Part shown: one piece after another, positions 33,779-45,716 of the stretch
Position numbering within the stretch: position 1 is the stretch's first letter
Layout of the letters: every line of letters starts with the position of its first letter
Assembly: GCA_001687465.1 (NCBI GenBank)
Contig: LVLI01000393.1
Location: forward strand, 1 to 53,740
DNA: 53,740 nt
Origin: Halocafeteria seosinensis
Lineage: Eukaryota
Direction of reading: 5' to 3'
The notes under the pieces: model-generated
The model's database searches: none
What the model was told of the DNA's origin: nothing
What the model saw: the letters and a program-made list of their open reading frames with translations, nothing else
Program-made: the position numbers and the translations under genes

Positions 33779-36700
33779 TCACCAACTACTAGCTGTGGAA
33801 ATGCCTAAAGCGTACTCTATTTTCTTACCGTCTGTGACTGCCAAATCTATAGCACGGAGCGCTTCTTTAACTGGGCGATTCTGTTCATGGCCATTGTGAA
33901 TGATGGATCGTAAATTTTGGGCTCTTTCCTCGTAATCTTCACTGAGGCCGGCGAGCGCTGGTGCACCGAAACGTGACAACTCGTGTTGTGCCAACTTGTT
34001 CTTATCAATAACACTATCCAAGATTCTAAGTAACAACGATACCATTTCGGCAGTGGTCTCAACTTCTGTTTCCGTGTTCACTGATTCGTCGTGCTTCTTA
34101 ATTCGGGAACGCGGCACCTTGCTCTTAAGTTCCCTTAATTCCTTTTGGTGGACTGCTCTCTCCGACAACACTTCAGATTCAGTTTGGCTAAGTTTGTTCT
34201 TTTTTATACTTAACAGTCGCTTCAAGTTCTTAATTCTCTGTGTTTGTCTCGCTAATAATCGTTTCCTAGACGCTGCATTTTGCTTCATACTCTCCACTGC
34301 ATTCAATACAACTCTGAAGAAAGGCTGTGCATCTGGCCACCGGAGTCGAATAGGACAGCTTTCGTCCTCCACCTCTCCAAAAAGTTGCCGCAGAGCCTTA
34401 ATTAAGAATGAGTACAAGATGTTCGTCTCATGCTTGGGATTTGGCTGAATTCCCTCCGCAAGCAACTCTTTCACTAACGCAAAATTATCATCATGATGCA
34501 CAAGCCGCCGAAGCAGTGCAACACGATTAAGATACACTCTCAGCAACTTCCGTATTCTTGCAAGTTCCTGTCGTCGCCTCCTGCAAGAGGGATTCGGACA
34601 AAACCAGGAGAACTCAAACCGCGGAGCGCAACCTAGATGAGATCGACACTGCTTCAAATATTGCTGGTGCTTGCTCTTTGCTCCCAGGAATCCTGTCCGC
34701 GTCCTCGAGGGCTTTCTGGATTTGCTTCGCGAGCATCTACTACGTCTACGGTCTTCCGTGCCTGAAGGCTTCCTACCCATTCGTTCGGAGTTTGCATCGA
34801 CGTGTTGGTGTCGTGGTCGCTGTCGGTCTTTCACACTTTGGAAAATGTCGGAAAGCATTAACTCGGAACTCTGGTTACAGGGAACTTCAGCATGTTGGGA
34901 GGTTCCACTAGGATGTTGACTCCTTAGTTTCCATCGGTGAAGGTAAACTGACAGTAGCAGCTTTCGACGAAGCCTGAGAAACAAACTTACCAAGGAATGC
35001 GAGCAGACTCTTAAGTAGCTCTTTTCACTGGGCTCAATCGAGAGCGAGGTGACATGCGAATGAAAGGAGAGCGATGAAAGAGACGGGGAGTTCTCCATTT
35101 GCGTTACCACCGATCGCGTAGTCTGCGGCTTTCTGGACCTCGTTACTGTTTTTATAGGCGAGTGTCCAGGAAATTGACTGTGAGCAGTTGCTTGAGGGTG
35201 GCGAATGGTGATCTGTGTAGGATTGCGGGAGATATGTTGGAGATCATGGGAACAAATTCTCGACCCATAGGAAAGAGAAGGAAGCACGGCGGGTGGCACC
35301 GAATTCGACAAGACTGCGCTAACGTGACTGCATTGCACAGGGGAAGAACTGGATACTTCCATTTTTACAGCCGTCTTTGCTTCCAAAGCTTGAGTAGGCA
35401 AATTGGAAGCTATCTCCGCCCAACACACAGTCGAGCAGAGAGATGGATCTGTATCAGCATTCTGGGACACGCGACGCTCCCCGTCGCTGTCACCTTCGAT
35501 AGGAGAATATCTAGTGAGAGGATGAATAGTTCTGAAGTGAGGCCATCCATCTTGCACTCTGCTACTCCGGGGACAGCTGGCGGTTGTGGCTGCACCATCC
35601 TGCTGAACAGCAAGTTCATCCACATATTGTCTCGCAGTACATGTGGTCGGACCGATGCCAGGTGATTCCCTCGTCGACGAGGGCACAGTGGTGCTACTTG
35701 GCAGTGTAGTCGTGACAACTGCACGCTCTTTTGCGGATGAGCTAGGAGAGACAGCTACCAACTTTTCTGTCTCTTCGCCATTCATCCAGCTGCTACGGTC
35801 CACTGGTTTTGAAGCCTCCAAGCCTTGAGCAAAGTGCTGGGGCTCCGCGGTAATGGACCTTGTATCCGCTCCATGCTCACCTGTACTTTGTTGCATTCTG
35901 GTAACATGTCGGTTGCCAATACGTGCTATGCTTCGTTCTGCGCTAGTTCCAGGGCTCTGAACTGGCTCAACGGTGTCAATTTGACCGTTCGCTCGGCATC
36001 CCATTTCGCCAAGAACGACAGTACGGAAACCTGTGGTTTCAAAGACGGTCGCAGTGTCTGTTGGAGTTGAATGAGAACCTCGTTCTTGGCGATAGGCTTT
36101 TGTTCCCTGCTGGATCGAGACGTTTTCCCGTAGCTCACGAACCTGGTTAGAACTATCGTCTCTCGAATGCTCTGGTGCGTAATTCTCACTAGATTCTTCT
36201 TCCGGAAAATACCCAAGATCTGAGGATGAAACCACCTGAGGCACCGTGGGAAGACGAAGATTACCATACAGCACGGATGAGTCGTTACTTAAGGCGGGAG
36301 TCCGCACTCCGAATGCTGACTCTGCGATACCTACTTTATTCAGAGAAATAGAATCAATCCGTCGCAGGTATTCAGGGCCAGAATTGACATCGTAACCCAA
36401 TTCATTGTTACCTACATGTATATGCTTGCTACTCTGCGTATTGCTTAGTGGTGCAGGAACATAGCTGTCATGCAAGACCGCAAATTTTTGCAAGTCTCCG
36501 ATATGCACTCCTGCCTTCACCGAAGCGTTTAGGGTGTGGTCTTGGTGTCCCGACGAAATACTGGTTGCTTGCGTATTAAGCCCCATTTTCGATGAAACGC
36601 TGTATGAGTTCTGTTGTATCTGCACAGCTGCGGCATGAGTGGAGCCTGACACACCCCCGGTGTTGTTGCTCCATGAAGAATACAAATCCTGCTCCTTTGA

Positions 36701-39700
36701 TCGCTCGTCAGATTCGGAATCTTCGAACATCGCCCCAAGAGAAATGCTCTGGAGAGATGTTGAGCCTTCCAAGGAATATGCTTGAGGATGGCTAGCAATA
36801 CTTGATCCGTTACCCGTATCGGCTGCGATTGTTTCCGAACTCACTCTCTCGTCTATGCCTGTTCGCGTGAGACGGCCCAGGATCTCTCGTTCAGATTGAG
36901 CAACGCGCTCTGGGGATATTGATACCTGGTGGGCTCGCCCAGTTTGGAGTGCGAATTCTCTCGAGCGATTTTCAACATATATGGCTTCCAAACACGTCGT
37001 ATTGTGCTGGCTTCTGTTCACACCAGGGCAAATGATGGAGACAGAGCGTACTTCTGAATTATTCGCACTGGCAGAGGCAGCGGTTGATGGAACAATATCC
37101 CCAACTCGGACATCACAAGAATCGGTAGATTGGTGAGCAGCGGAAACCCTCTCGCATGAAATACGGTCTGCTGTTATAAGGCCTGAAAACGATCGTGAAG
37201 AGCTACTGATAGAATACTCCGGAATGTCGTTCAACGAGGTGCAAACAGGTATCACTGACTCTTCACGTGTCCCGGGTTCTGTCGGTGCTTGCCGGAAGAT
37301 GGGATGTGGTGATAGCGAAGCGTCCTGAACCTGCTGCCAAGCAACCTGGCTAGATCCTGTTGCGGATTTACGAGACTTACTCCCTTGCGTCAAAAGGCCA
37401 TGTTGTTGACGGCATGGAAGGGACGTCGAAGCCCTTGCAGATCCATCAGAGTGGTGACATTCCGGCAATTCACCAACATTGATTACTTTCCCAGAAACAG
37501 GCAATTCATCTTCCCAGTCTGTCGCAGCTGCACTTCTATTCGAACGAGGTGTAGGATCGTTGAACGTTTGACCGTCCGAAGGCTCCGTAAGTCTTCTAGT
37601 GTAACTCGGCGCTGCGCTGGACGATACGGTAGTACCCTCAAAGCTGAATGGACTGATGGATACACTGATAGACCTAGTGAAGCCTACGTTCCAATTTTTT
37701 CTGACGGCCGGGTCTTCTCTATCGCGTCCAATGAGCGGCATCTTAGCAGCAGTTTGCGCCTGTATACCATTCGAGGCGCTTGGTTGGATTCCACAGCTGA
37801 GGACGTTCGAACACGTCTTCAAAGTTGGTGAGTTTACCCACGACATCTCATGGGTAGCATGTCTCGCTTGAATGGCATTCGAATCTTTCGGAATGATTTC
37901 AACTCCAAGGACATTCGAAGAGCTTACCAATGTTGTTGAAGGAGTTGCGCTCCCAGCAGATGGTATCGCTTCCATCAGCACTCTGCAGTTCACACGTGGG
38001 GAGTATGTCGGCTTGACGACCACCTCTTGTTCCTTTTGTCTGCGAGGAAAATGTACGACGTGCCTACCCGTTTTCCGGCTTGAACGATTACAAAGAGCAG
38101 GAAAACCTCGCTGTGTCTCCTTATGAGTGAACCGCTGCAATTTTTCGGTTTGGCGTTTGAGCATTTCCTCGAGCATCCGCATATGCCGATGCCGGGAAGC
38201 TAAGGTCCGATACATTTGGACAACCTGTTCAAAGCAGGAACTATAGCCACTGAGTTCTGGGAAGCGTCTTGAAAACTCCTCGTACGCTTGTCGTGTCAAC
38301 GAGTGAATGTACGACCGGAGTACCCGATTTTCATGTAGCACCTCGCTATAAGAGAGCTCCGCTTCTCCAGTGCCTTCCGACATAGTTAGGCCATCTCTGA
38401 GCACTGTGTTTAGCCGCTTCAACGCAGATGCCTCTGAGCGGTATGCGTGTTGCACTTTTTGCTGAGAGTCCTCTATCTCAGAGAGGAGACGGAAAAGGAA
38501 ACTCGAGGACAACTTGAAACTCAGTGCGTGATTGTAAGTTCCTGTTTCTCCTTCCTGTCCATCCTCCAGCCACCGCTTTGCTTGCTCACGAAACTTAGAA
38601 GCGTCAAAGTTTCCGACTGAAGACGCAGTTAGGAAACTATCGGCGGGTGAGCCTCCTTCTTCATTTCTTGAGTACTGAGAAAACGCAACAAATGAACGGT
38701 TAGACTCAAAGAAATGCGTTTGAGTTGACACAGTCCTCTGCTGCTTTTTAGGAGTAGCTGTGGAGCCTACTCCACTAAATTTACGGAGTATATTTGTCCA
38801 AATGGACGACTGAAATTGCCCTTCCATTCTGTTGCATATGGCGTCTACGTTGGTGCTAAACGTGTCCATCACGGATGCTACATCCACACCCTTGCGAGTG
38901 TTGGGCTGCTGTCCGTTGCACACTGGAATTACAGTTGACAGTAGACTATCAATTCTATTACGTATCCCTGATAGTAACTGAGCAACACCAGTATCGTGTT
39001 GGAGTTCCACATTCTTAGTCGCGGCCAGCTCCAGGTGCTGCTCGTGTTCCTCTTCAAGCCTATCACAGAGACCTGACATCTCACGGGATGTGAACTTTGC
39101 AAGCAGTAGGTCTCTTGGCGTTCTTGTGTCCCTCTCGGACAGGAAGCTTTGGATATGATCAACGATACTTGGTGCAACTCCTGGATCCGGCGTGCTATAT
39201 TTGACATGTTTTGGATTGTTTGAGTTCTTTTGCATCTGAACCGACCTTAATGGGGCATATTCAGTATGGAATTTGCTTGACTCGATGTCGGTTTTGATAG
39301 CTTCTAACTCTTTCCGGATGGTACTATTTACGTTCTGCTGGTCAATAAAAGCGTCCTCAGTGACAAGCGCTTCGCTTAGTTGGAGATGTGTGCAAATGGA
39401 CTGCCTCTCTAGCTCCAAGCAATGCTTCTCAAGTTGAATACAATACCGATAGAAGAAATGGATCATGTCCACCAGAGAGTTCTCTTCAAAAGAAGTATGA
39501 TTTTCAAGCTGGTTCTTTACGTAATCATGTGATTGTTTCAAGAAAGCCTCAAGTCTGTTTCTCCAAGACTCACTCTCTTGCCGAAGGCCGTCCACTATTG
39601 CGGAAACGCGCCTTTTTCCATTATTCAACAGTGAATTGTTGCAGTTGCTCTGTGATGGAGTTGAACGACCTTCATCTGCATTTGCCTGCGTCTCCGAGGC

Positions 39701-42352
39701 CACGGGGTATTTTGCACGACAATCGCTGGGACGCTGTGAACAGCGCCGCCTTAGGCGACGCTGGAAAACGGAAGCAAGAGTTTGCCATTTGAGTGAGACG
39801 GAGGTGAGTTTGAGCACATGTTCTCGTAAGTAGTGGAGGCCGTAGACGCTGTCCATCGAGCTGCTGTCTTGGATTTTCTGTACAGTGTCTGTGAGTGTGT
39901 TCAACTGTTCATCTCGACTTCGTAAACACTCCTGGAGCTCGTAGCGCTGATGCTGTTCTGCATGTATTCTTTGCCGTAGTTTGTTCAGAGCATCTTGATA
40001 ATAATTCTCCGTTTGTAGTCTTAGATCTTTCTCATTTCTAAGCTGCCGAGTCAATTCTTCGATTTCAGTTTGCCCTGCAGACAACTGCTGTGAGTACACG
40101 TCTTGTTGAGTGTGTCCCACCATATCATCGGTGTATCGCAAACCATTCACCATAGAGATGCAGTTGGCTGCGCTGAATTGCAACCTTGTTCGGTCAAGCT
40201 CTCTTCGAAGCGAATAGTATTCCTGCAATACACTCTCCAAGAATCCTATCCTGGAGGCTACATGGGTCTCACGATGGTCGGCTGTGTCCTCCTGAAACTG
40301 CAATTGACATGCTCGCCTCAATTCTTCGAGTGCACGATGGGGTTCGAATAGTCTACCGGAGTTCAGATACCGAATACAAGCGTGAAGCTCTTTTACACTT
40401 GCTTCCGATCGCAAGATGTCTATCATTGCCTGCATCGCATTCCCAACGAATCTTCGTAATCGTGTTTCGTCCCAGCCGCGACTCTTGTCACCAAGTATCT
40501 GGCTCATGAACTTTTCCACCCAATTATACTGGTTCCCGTTTTGAGCAGAATAGCTACTTAGTTGGACGCGTGAGGCTTCTTTGATTGCTTCAAGTAGCTC
40601 TTCGTAGTTGGTTGATTGAGCGACGTTGGACGTGTAAAATCTCCTCATCAACCGACTCAACCAATCAAGAGAGCGATCACGAAAATCCACACGGTGCTTA
40701 AAGAGGTTAGACTGTTTTGCAGCGTCCAGCTCGCGAACTGTTGTTCTTTTACGTCCATCGCGAGCGACATTGGGAGTAGCGGAGATTTCCGTAGATCCGG
40801 TAGGCAGAGCCCGACAAACGATGACCTCTACTTCCGCTCTAATCTGTGACAGTGTGTTGACCGCAGGCTTCTCATGAAAAGGAGGCGGTAAAACTTTCGC
40901 ATAAGTTGTCCCAAGGTCGCGCACAAGTTCTGAAAGTTGAGCACGCATGTTTTGATAAGAGGTAATCGCCTCTCCCGAAAATTCTTGAAGTAACGTTACT
41001 AGATGTTCGTTACGTTGTGTAGCAGCCACGCGGGCTGCTTCACTAAGTGCAAAATCGTCGAGTTGTGAAACGAGATAAGTGTTAGTACTGTGACGTCTGC
41101 TGAAAGCACCCGACTGGCGGTGCTGCTCTTCAGCAGGTTCAACAGTCTTCTTTGTCCCACTTTCAACTCCAACAAACGACAATAAATCCAACAAACGTTC
41201 ATCTGTTAGTTCTGCAATTGCCTTAGTCTTCTGCGTGGTTTCGATAGAACTGTGTATCGAGCGATGGAAACGAAATAGCGCCTCCCGCTGGAAGCCGACA
41301 ACCTCCCGTAGTGACCGAACCACGGAGAATGCCACGGCAGAGTGGCGTTGCAGACTCCATCGTCTCTCCAATTCAGCACACCAGTTAATAAATCCTGTAC
41401 AAAACATATGAACAGTTGACTTCCGCAGCAATACTGTGTCCCTTTGTGGCTTTACATCCTGGTTATCCTCGATTACCTTCTGCCGCAATTCTTCTATAGA
41501 ATCCTTTACTTCCGAGAATTCCTCAAAGCGTGTGTCTTGCTTTACGCCATCTCGGCCTTGCGGAGTGAACTGTGAAGACCAAGATTCGCAGGAACGCACC
41601 AGTCCACGAATTTCGGAATCTTGCGAATCCAGAAGATCTCGCAGAATACTGCATCGAGAGCAAGTGTCCTTAGGGAGCAAGTCCTGCTCGTCCGGACCAA
41701 ACGAAGGTCGCCCTTCTTCAGAGCTTGCTTCGTCACTCCCTGATACTGCATCTAAGCTTGCGCTAAGCTGCTGAAGCCGCTTACGAAGTAATTGGTTCTG
41801 GTATTTCAGTTCTGTGTTTTCCTCTTCCAGAGAGCGTCCCCTTGCGGTGTTCGAAGCCACTGTAGGTTGACCACCGTCATCTTGCCTCTGTGGAATATGT
41901 AGCGGATCAGACTGAGAGTCTGCTCGACGCGGGACAATTCGACCACAAACTGTGATTTTCTTCTCGGAGAAATTACCTCCTCGAAAAAACAAGTAGTCTC
42001 GGAAATGCTTCGCCTGCGTACCCACTACCCGAAAACTCGTGAGTTCGATCTGCACGGTAACTTCACAGGAGGCTCCTGGAGTTAGTCGTATGTTCTTGGG
42101 GGTGATTTTATACCTGCTAGGCGTCGTCGAGAATGCCTGGAACCGCACATTCTTGTCTTGGGAAACATTTGTTACTCGTAAAGTCCTCTGTACGTAAGAT
42201 TGCCGCCCCAAGTCCCCATCACCCACCACATGCAGGTGGCGCTGATTCGTCTCCTCATTCACGCTCTTGACACATTGGATTTCTCCGAAATTAAGTGCAT
42301 CCACATCCACATGGAGAACATCATGCTCTGGAGGCGAGGGACTGGACATCAC
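33779..42352 (-). CDS. Very large protein (2857 aa) with N-terminal MSP/ASH (PapD-like Ig) domain, coiled coils and a long disordered Ser-rich region
   Basis: 8.57-kb uninterrupted ORF. LNFGEI...RTLRVTNVS...YKITPKNIRLTPGASCEVTV fits an MSP/ASH-type domain. Confidence 0.75.
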   Translation of the reverse strand: MMSSPSPPEHDVLHVDVDALNFGEIQCVKSVNEETNQRHLHVVGDGDLGRQSYVQRTLRVTNVSQDKNVRFQAFSTTPSRYKITPKNIRLTPGASCEVTVQIELTSFRVVGTQAKHFRDYLFFRGGNFSEKKITVCGRIVPRRADSQSDPLHIPQRQDDGGQPTVASNTARGRSLEEENTELKYQNQLLRKRLQQLSASLDAVSGSDEASSEEGRPSFGPDEQDLLPKDTCSRCSILRDLLDSQDSEIRGLVRSCESWSSQFTPQGRDGVKQDTRFEEFSEVKDSIEELRQKVIEDNQDVKPQRDTVLLRKSTVHMFCTGFINWCAELERRWSLQRHSAVAFSVVRSLREVVGFQREALFRFHRSIHSSIETTQKTKAIAELTDERLLDLLSFVGVESGTKKTVEPAEEQHRQSGAFSRRHSTNTYLVSQLDDFALSEAARVAATQRNEHLVTLLQEFSGEAITSYQNMRAQLSELVRDLGTTYAKVLPPPFHEKPAVNTLSQIRAEVEVIVCRALPTGSTEISATPNVARDGRKRTTVRELDAAKQSNLFKHRVDFRDRSLDWLSRLMRRFYTSNVAQSTNYEELLEAIKEASRVQLSSYSAQNGNQYNWVEKFMSQILGDKSRGWDETRLRRFVGNAMQAMIDILRSEASVKELHACIRYLNSGRLFEPHRALEELRRACQLQFQEDTADHRETHVASRIGFLESVLQEYYSLRRELDRTRLQFSAANCISMVNGLRYTDDMVGHTQQDVYSQQLSAGQTEIEELTRQLRNEKDLRLQTENYYQDALNKLRQRIHAEQHQRYELQECLRSRDEQLNTLTDTVQKIQDSSSMDSVYGLHYLREHVLKLTSVSLKWQTLASVFQRRLRRRCSQRPSDCRAKYPVASETQANADEGRSTPSQSNCNNSLLNNGKRRVSAIVDGLRQESESWRNRLEAFLKQSHDYVKNQLENHTSFEENSLVDMIHFFYRYCIQLEKHCLELERQSICTHLQLSEALVTEDAFIDQQNVNSTIRKELEAIKTDIESSKFHTEYAPLRSVQMQKNSNNPKHVKYSTPDPGVAPSIVDHIQSFLSERDTRTPRDLLLAKFTSREMSGLCDRLEEEHEQHLELAATKNVELQHDTGVAQLLSGIRNRIDSLLSTVIPVCNGQQPNTRKGVDVASVMDTFSTNVDAICNRMEGQFQSSIWTNILRKFSGVGSTATPKKQQRTVSTQTHFFESNRSFVAFSQYSRNEEGGSPADSFLTASSVGNFDASKFREQAKRWLEDGQEGETGTYNHALSFKLSSSFLFRLLSEIEDSQQKVQHAYRSEASALKRLNTVLRDGLTMSEGTGEAELSYSEVLHENRVLRSYIHSLTRQAYEEFSRRFPELSGYSSCFEQVVQMYRTLASRHRHMRMLEEMLKRQTEKLQRFTHKETQRGFPALCNRSSRKTGRHVVHFPRRQKEQEVVVKPTYSPRVNCRVLMEAIPSAGSATPSTTLVSSSNVLGVEIIPKDSNAIQARHATHEMSWVNSPTLKTCSNVLSCGIQPSASNGIQAQTAAKMPLIGRDREDPAVRKNWNVGFTRSISVSISPFSFEGTTVSSSAAPSYTRRLTEPSDGQTFNDPTPRSNRSAAATDWEDELPVSGKVINVGELPECHHSDGSARASTSLPCRQQHGLLTQGSKSRKSATGSSQVAWQQVQDASLSPHPIFRQAPTEPGTREESVIPVCTSLNDIPEYSISSSSRSFSGLITADRISCERVSAAHQSTDSCDVRVGDIVPSTAASASANNSEVRSVSIICPGVNRSQHNTTCLEAIYVENRSREFALQTGRAHQVSISPERVAQSEREILGRLTRTGIDERVSSETIAADTGNGSSIASHPQAYSLEGSTSLQSISLGAMFEDSESDERSKEQDLYSSWSNNTGGVSGSTHAAAVQIQQNSYSVSSKMGLNTQATSISSGHQDHTLNASVKAGVHIGDLQKFAVLHDSYVPAPLSNTQSSKHIHVGNNELGYDVNSGPEYLRRIDSISLNKVGIAESAFGVRTPALSNDSSVLYGNLRLPTVPQVVSSSDLGYFPEEESSENYAPEHSRDDSSNQVRELRENVSIQQGTKAYRQERGSHSTPTDTATVFETTGFRTVVLGEMGCRANGQIDTVEPVQSPGTSAERSIARIGNRHVTRMQQSTGEHGADTRSITAEPQHFAQGLEASKPVDRSSWMNGEETEKLVAVSPSSSAKERAVVTTTLPSSTTVPSSTRESPGIGPTTCTARQYVDELAVQQDGAATTASCPRSSRVQDGWPHFRTIHPLTRYSPIEGDSDGERRVSQNADTDPSLCSTVCWAEIASNLPTQALEAKTAVKMEVSSSSPVQCSHVSAVLSNSVPPAVLPSLSYGSRICSHDLQHISRNPTQITIRHPQATAHSQFPGHSPIKTVTRSRKPQTTRSVVTQMENSPSLSSLSFHSHVTSLSIEPSEKSYLRVCSHSLVSLFLRLRRKLLLSVYLHRWKLRSQHPSGTSQHAEVPCNQSSELMLSDIFQSVKDRQRPRHQHVDANSERMGRKPSGTEDRRRSRCSRSKSRKPSRTRTGFLGAKSKHQQYLKQCRSHLGCAPRFEFSWFCPNPSCRRRRQELARIRKLLRVYLNRVALLRRLVHHDDNFALVKELLAEGIQPNPKHETNILYSFLIKALRQLFGEVEDESCPIRLRWPDAQPFFRVVLNAVESMKQNAASRKRLLARQTQRIKNLKRLLSIKKNKLSQTESEVLSERAVHQKELRELKSKVPRSRIKKHDESVNTETEVETTAEMVSLLLRILDSVIDKNKLAQHELSRFGAPALAGLSEDYEERAQNLRSIIHNGHEQNRPVKEALRAIDLAVTDGKKIEYALGISTASSW

Positions 42353-42742
42353 GGCAGTATATGACCTCGAAATCTCTCCATATTTAGCAGCACCTCACCA
42401 CTTCCAGGCGCCGTCTCACTCCTTCCCCCTTCGAGCAGAATTCCGGCATACAACCATGCTCACCGATACCAGCTCATAATACAGCATTCATCAAGTTTCC
42501 TATATCTATTCCCTCAGAGAATGAGTGAGCGAATGCACCTGAGTTTTCCTTTCATTTCATTGTATCTAAAGTAGACGAAAAGATTGCTCTATCTTGAGGT
42601 CTCCGGATTCAAATGCTCCGCTGCCTTATCCTCTATCGCAAGGAGGTGTTGCAGGACTCCTATAGCGAATTGTAGAGCAAGGTGAAGAGTATTGGATACA
42701 ACTGTCTGTAGGGGACATTGTCTAACTCTCTAGAGAGGCGAA

Positions 42743-44808
42743 ATGGCGAGTAGAGGAAAAACATCGACGCGTCGGCGTCGCAACGTGGAGGATGAGGACG
42801 ATGACGTCAAGGATGAGCCACGAGACGAGGATGCTGCTAAGATGGGGACTACACATACGTCCGCTCCTCCGCAGTCTTTGAGTGAGCGAAGGAGACAAGC
42901 TGTTCAAGCTAAACAAGAGGTATGGGAAGAAAGTGTTGCGAACTACGTATTTCAAATTAATGTCCATTGTGTCCTTTTAGACTGCAGCTCATGGAGAGCC
43001 TCGGTCTACAAGACAATAAACGAGCCCTTGAGTCGAAAGCACAGGAGCTCAAGGCACAGGAAAGGAGGTCTCGAGAAGCACGAAAACGAGAGAAGAAGAA
43101 GGACTTCTCGTCGGGGCCCAAGAGGCGTTCCTTGCGTCAGCAGGGTATGACTCCCGAAGGATATGAATTACCACCGAATTACAATGATAATGTAAGTCGC
43201 TAGGCGTATGGAAGGATCGATTTGTTGACAAGTAATAAATTTGACTGCGCAACTTTCTCGTAAAGCAGAGGCCATCGTTTTTCACCCCTGGTGGTGGAGA
43301 GATAGAAGAGGAAGAAGACGTAGACGGCGATATGCTCGGTGACAATGCTGTGGATGATGAAATAGACGAGGGTAAGTAACCGGAGAAATAAGAGCTTTGG
43401 GGCAATATTTTGTCTCGTAGTTTTCCTGATGTTTGTTGCAGAATTAAGGAATAAGTTGGAAGAGTTACAAACTTGCCCGGTGAATCCGAATACACCTGGC
43501 AAAATACATTGGCCTGCGATTGATATCAAGGAGGACCACCACGTAATCAAGGCCGCTAAAGATCGTGTATACTCCCTCATGTTTCATCCTCGTACGGACA
43601 GAAAACTAGTTGTGAGCGGCCAGAAATGGGGAGGTGTCGCATTCTGGTTCCCCGATGTGGAGGAGGCGGAGGAGTCTGTGATTCTATGGCGCCCACATCG
43701 TCGCCCTGTGGCGTCGGTCATGTGTCCGTCCTCAAACCCGTCCCAACTTTATACTTCCAGCTACGATGGGAAAGTTCGGAGGTTCGACGCTGGAGCGCAG
43801 GTATGGCAGGAAATTCTTCCTTACGAGTCTCAACTGACATACTGCGATGTAACTTCCGATAATCGCCATCTTTTTGCCACTAATAAGGATGGAGAACTCA
43901 TAAGCATCGATTTGCGGACTATTACATCACCACAGAAAGCAGTCGACAAGTTGAAAACCCCTCCACAGGAGGAACAAGAAGAGACGCCAAGCAAGAAGCG
44001 AAGGAAGAAAGCTCCGGAAGTCGTCGGTAAATCGGAAGTCAAAGAGGAAAAGTCTGAAGGTCATGAGGAAGAACGCGGAAATTACAGTTCTGCTGAAGAA
44101 GCTAAGACGTCTACTTTTGGGTTGCACTCTAAAAAGTCAGGGAGTGTCAGTGTAGATCCAAAGGGATCATACGTTCTCACTGCAGGTCACGACCAGACTG
44201 CCAAACTGTGGGACATTCGAATGGTACTTCCCTCTTCGAACAAGAAGAAAGTAGAGCCGTTTGCCACTCTGAACCACACCGGCGGAGTAACCTCAGCGTT
44301 TTATTCGCCCGTAAGCATCTACTTCCATCGCAGCGTATTTCCAGGGTACTACTTACGTTAGACATTCTTAATTTTTTTGGCTGCAGTCGGGCAACAAATG
44401 TGTTTCAACCTGTAATGACGATCGAATACGTATTTTTGATATGGATGCGATAAAGAAAGGGAGCTATGTAGACGCTAGCGTTAGCATTCGGCATAACAAT
44501 CACACTGGTCGATGGCTGTCAAACTTCCGAACGATAGTAAGTTGTAAGATTGTATGGGTTTCTTTTCTACACGACTCGCCAACTTCAATCTGTACTTGCA
44601 GTGGGATCCACATGGCGATGACATAGTCGTAGTAGGAGCTATGGGAAGCCGAGCCGTGGAGGCATACTACGCGGGCAACGGTAAGCGACTGGCAGCTCGC
44701 ACTAATCCAGATCGGCTGACTGCGGTTCCCACCTTGAACGCTGTACATCCAACCCTTCCGTTGGTCGCTTCGGCTACTGCCAGTGGAAGACTTCACTTGT
44801 GGACGTAA
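42743..44808 (+). CDS. WDR76: WD repeat protein WDR76/CMR1 (DDB2-like DNA-damage-binding), multi-exon
   Basis: N-terminal LSERR...RRSLRQQG, RVYSLMFHP, YTSSYDGKVR, VTSAFYSP, HNNHTGRWLSNFR, LNAVHP...ASATASGRLHLW. Confidence 0.88.
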
Positions 44809-44921
44809 ATATGCCGGACGGGACGTTCCCTTAATTTGCTCAAATTCATGCACATAACGTTCCTCCGTTCCTGTTAATGCACTACATACAACCACAAGGC
44901 TGTAGTACAGAACTGCTACTT

Positions 44922-45444
44922 CTACCCATCCCTCCATGGACCAGTTTCTCTGAACCAGAGACGTGAGCCATCGTATAAAGTAAGTTTCGAACCCGTATCT
45001 CCCCAACTCTCATGCTTCGTTTGGTACAATGAAATCCATACGATAAACGCCAATGTTATCACTGTGGAGCCGAAGAGGGAGTAGACGAGCCCTGCAAGTG
45101 AATCAGAAGCGAAGTTCCACACAACAATGAGCCCACGAGCCGCAAGTGAGAGACCACATACACTTCCTCAGTTCTGGCGAGACCTGTAAATTAAACACTT
45201 TTCGCCTAAAATAGATGAGATTTACTATCCATAGCCATGGTAAACAAGCCAGTCCTCCATAAAACAGTTTCCTCGCTATGCGTATCTGCTCCAATTCCAC
45301 TTCCGGTGGCACCGTCGGAGTATCAGCGCTCTCATAGAACCCTGATGTGTCGTCTCGACGTCGAACAGGCTGATATTGCGCTGCAGCGCCTGCATCTCCT
45401 TGTTCCATATCTTGTGCCACAGGGGCCGGCCGGCGATTGCTCAT
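44922..45444 (-). CDS. PSENEN: Gamma-secretase subunit PEN-2 (2 exons)
   Basis: ARKLFYGGLACLPWLWIVNLIYF, then second exon LVYSLFG...WISLYQTKHESWG. GTATGT...GCAG intron near 45097-45161. Confidence 0.85.
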
Positions 45445-45716
45445 TCCCAAGACCCCTCCTACCCACACTGGCAAAGCTCTGTACAACTGTTTTTATTACT
45501 ACTCCGTATTAGCCAACCAGTCCCGGGGAACAGTGTATAGTAGACTCAATAGACGGCGAAGTTGAAGATGGACAAGTCGGCTTCCCATCCGGGGTGGAAC
45601 CAAGCGGAAGAGCGGCGGATTATTACGTCAGACATGGACAGAGTTGCTGGTAGGCCCAGATCGAGAGGTTCATACTTTTTTTATGTCAGTTGTACCTCGT
45701 CTTTGAGGTGGCAAAA

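Noticed and set aside
33847..41774. Many short antisense or alternate-frame ORFs overlapping long genes
   Set aside because: Shadow ORFs without recognisable motifs.
44922..45444. PEN-2 in a protist as a novelty
   Set aside because: Gamma-secretase subunits are known to be widespread across eukaryotes.
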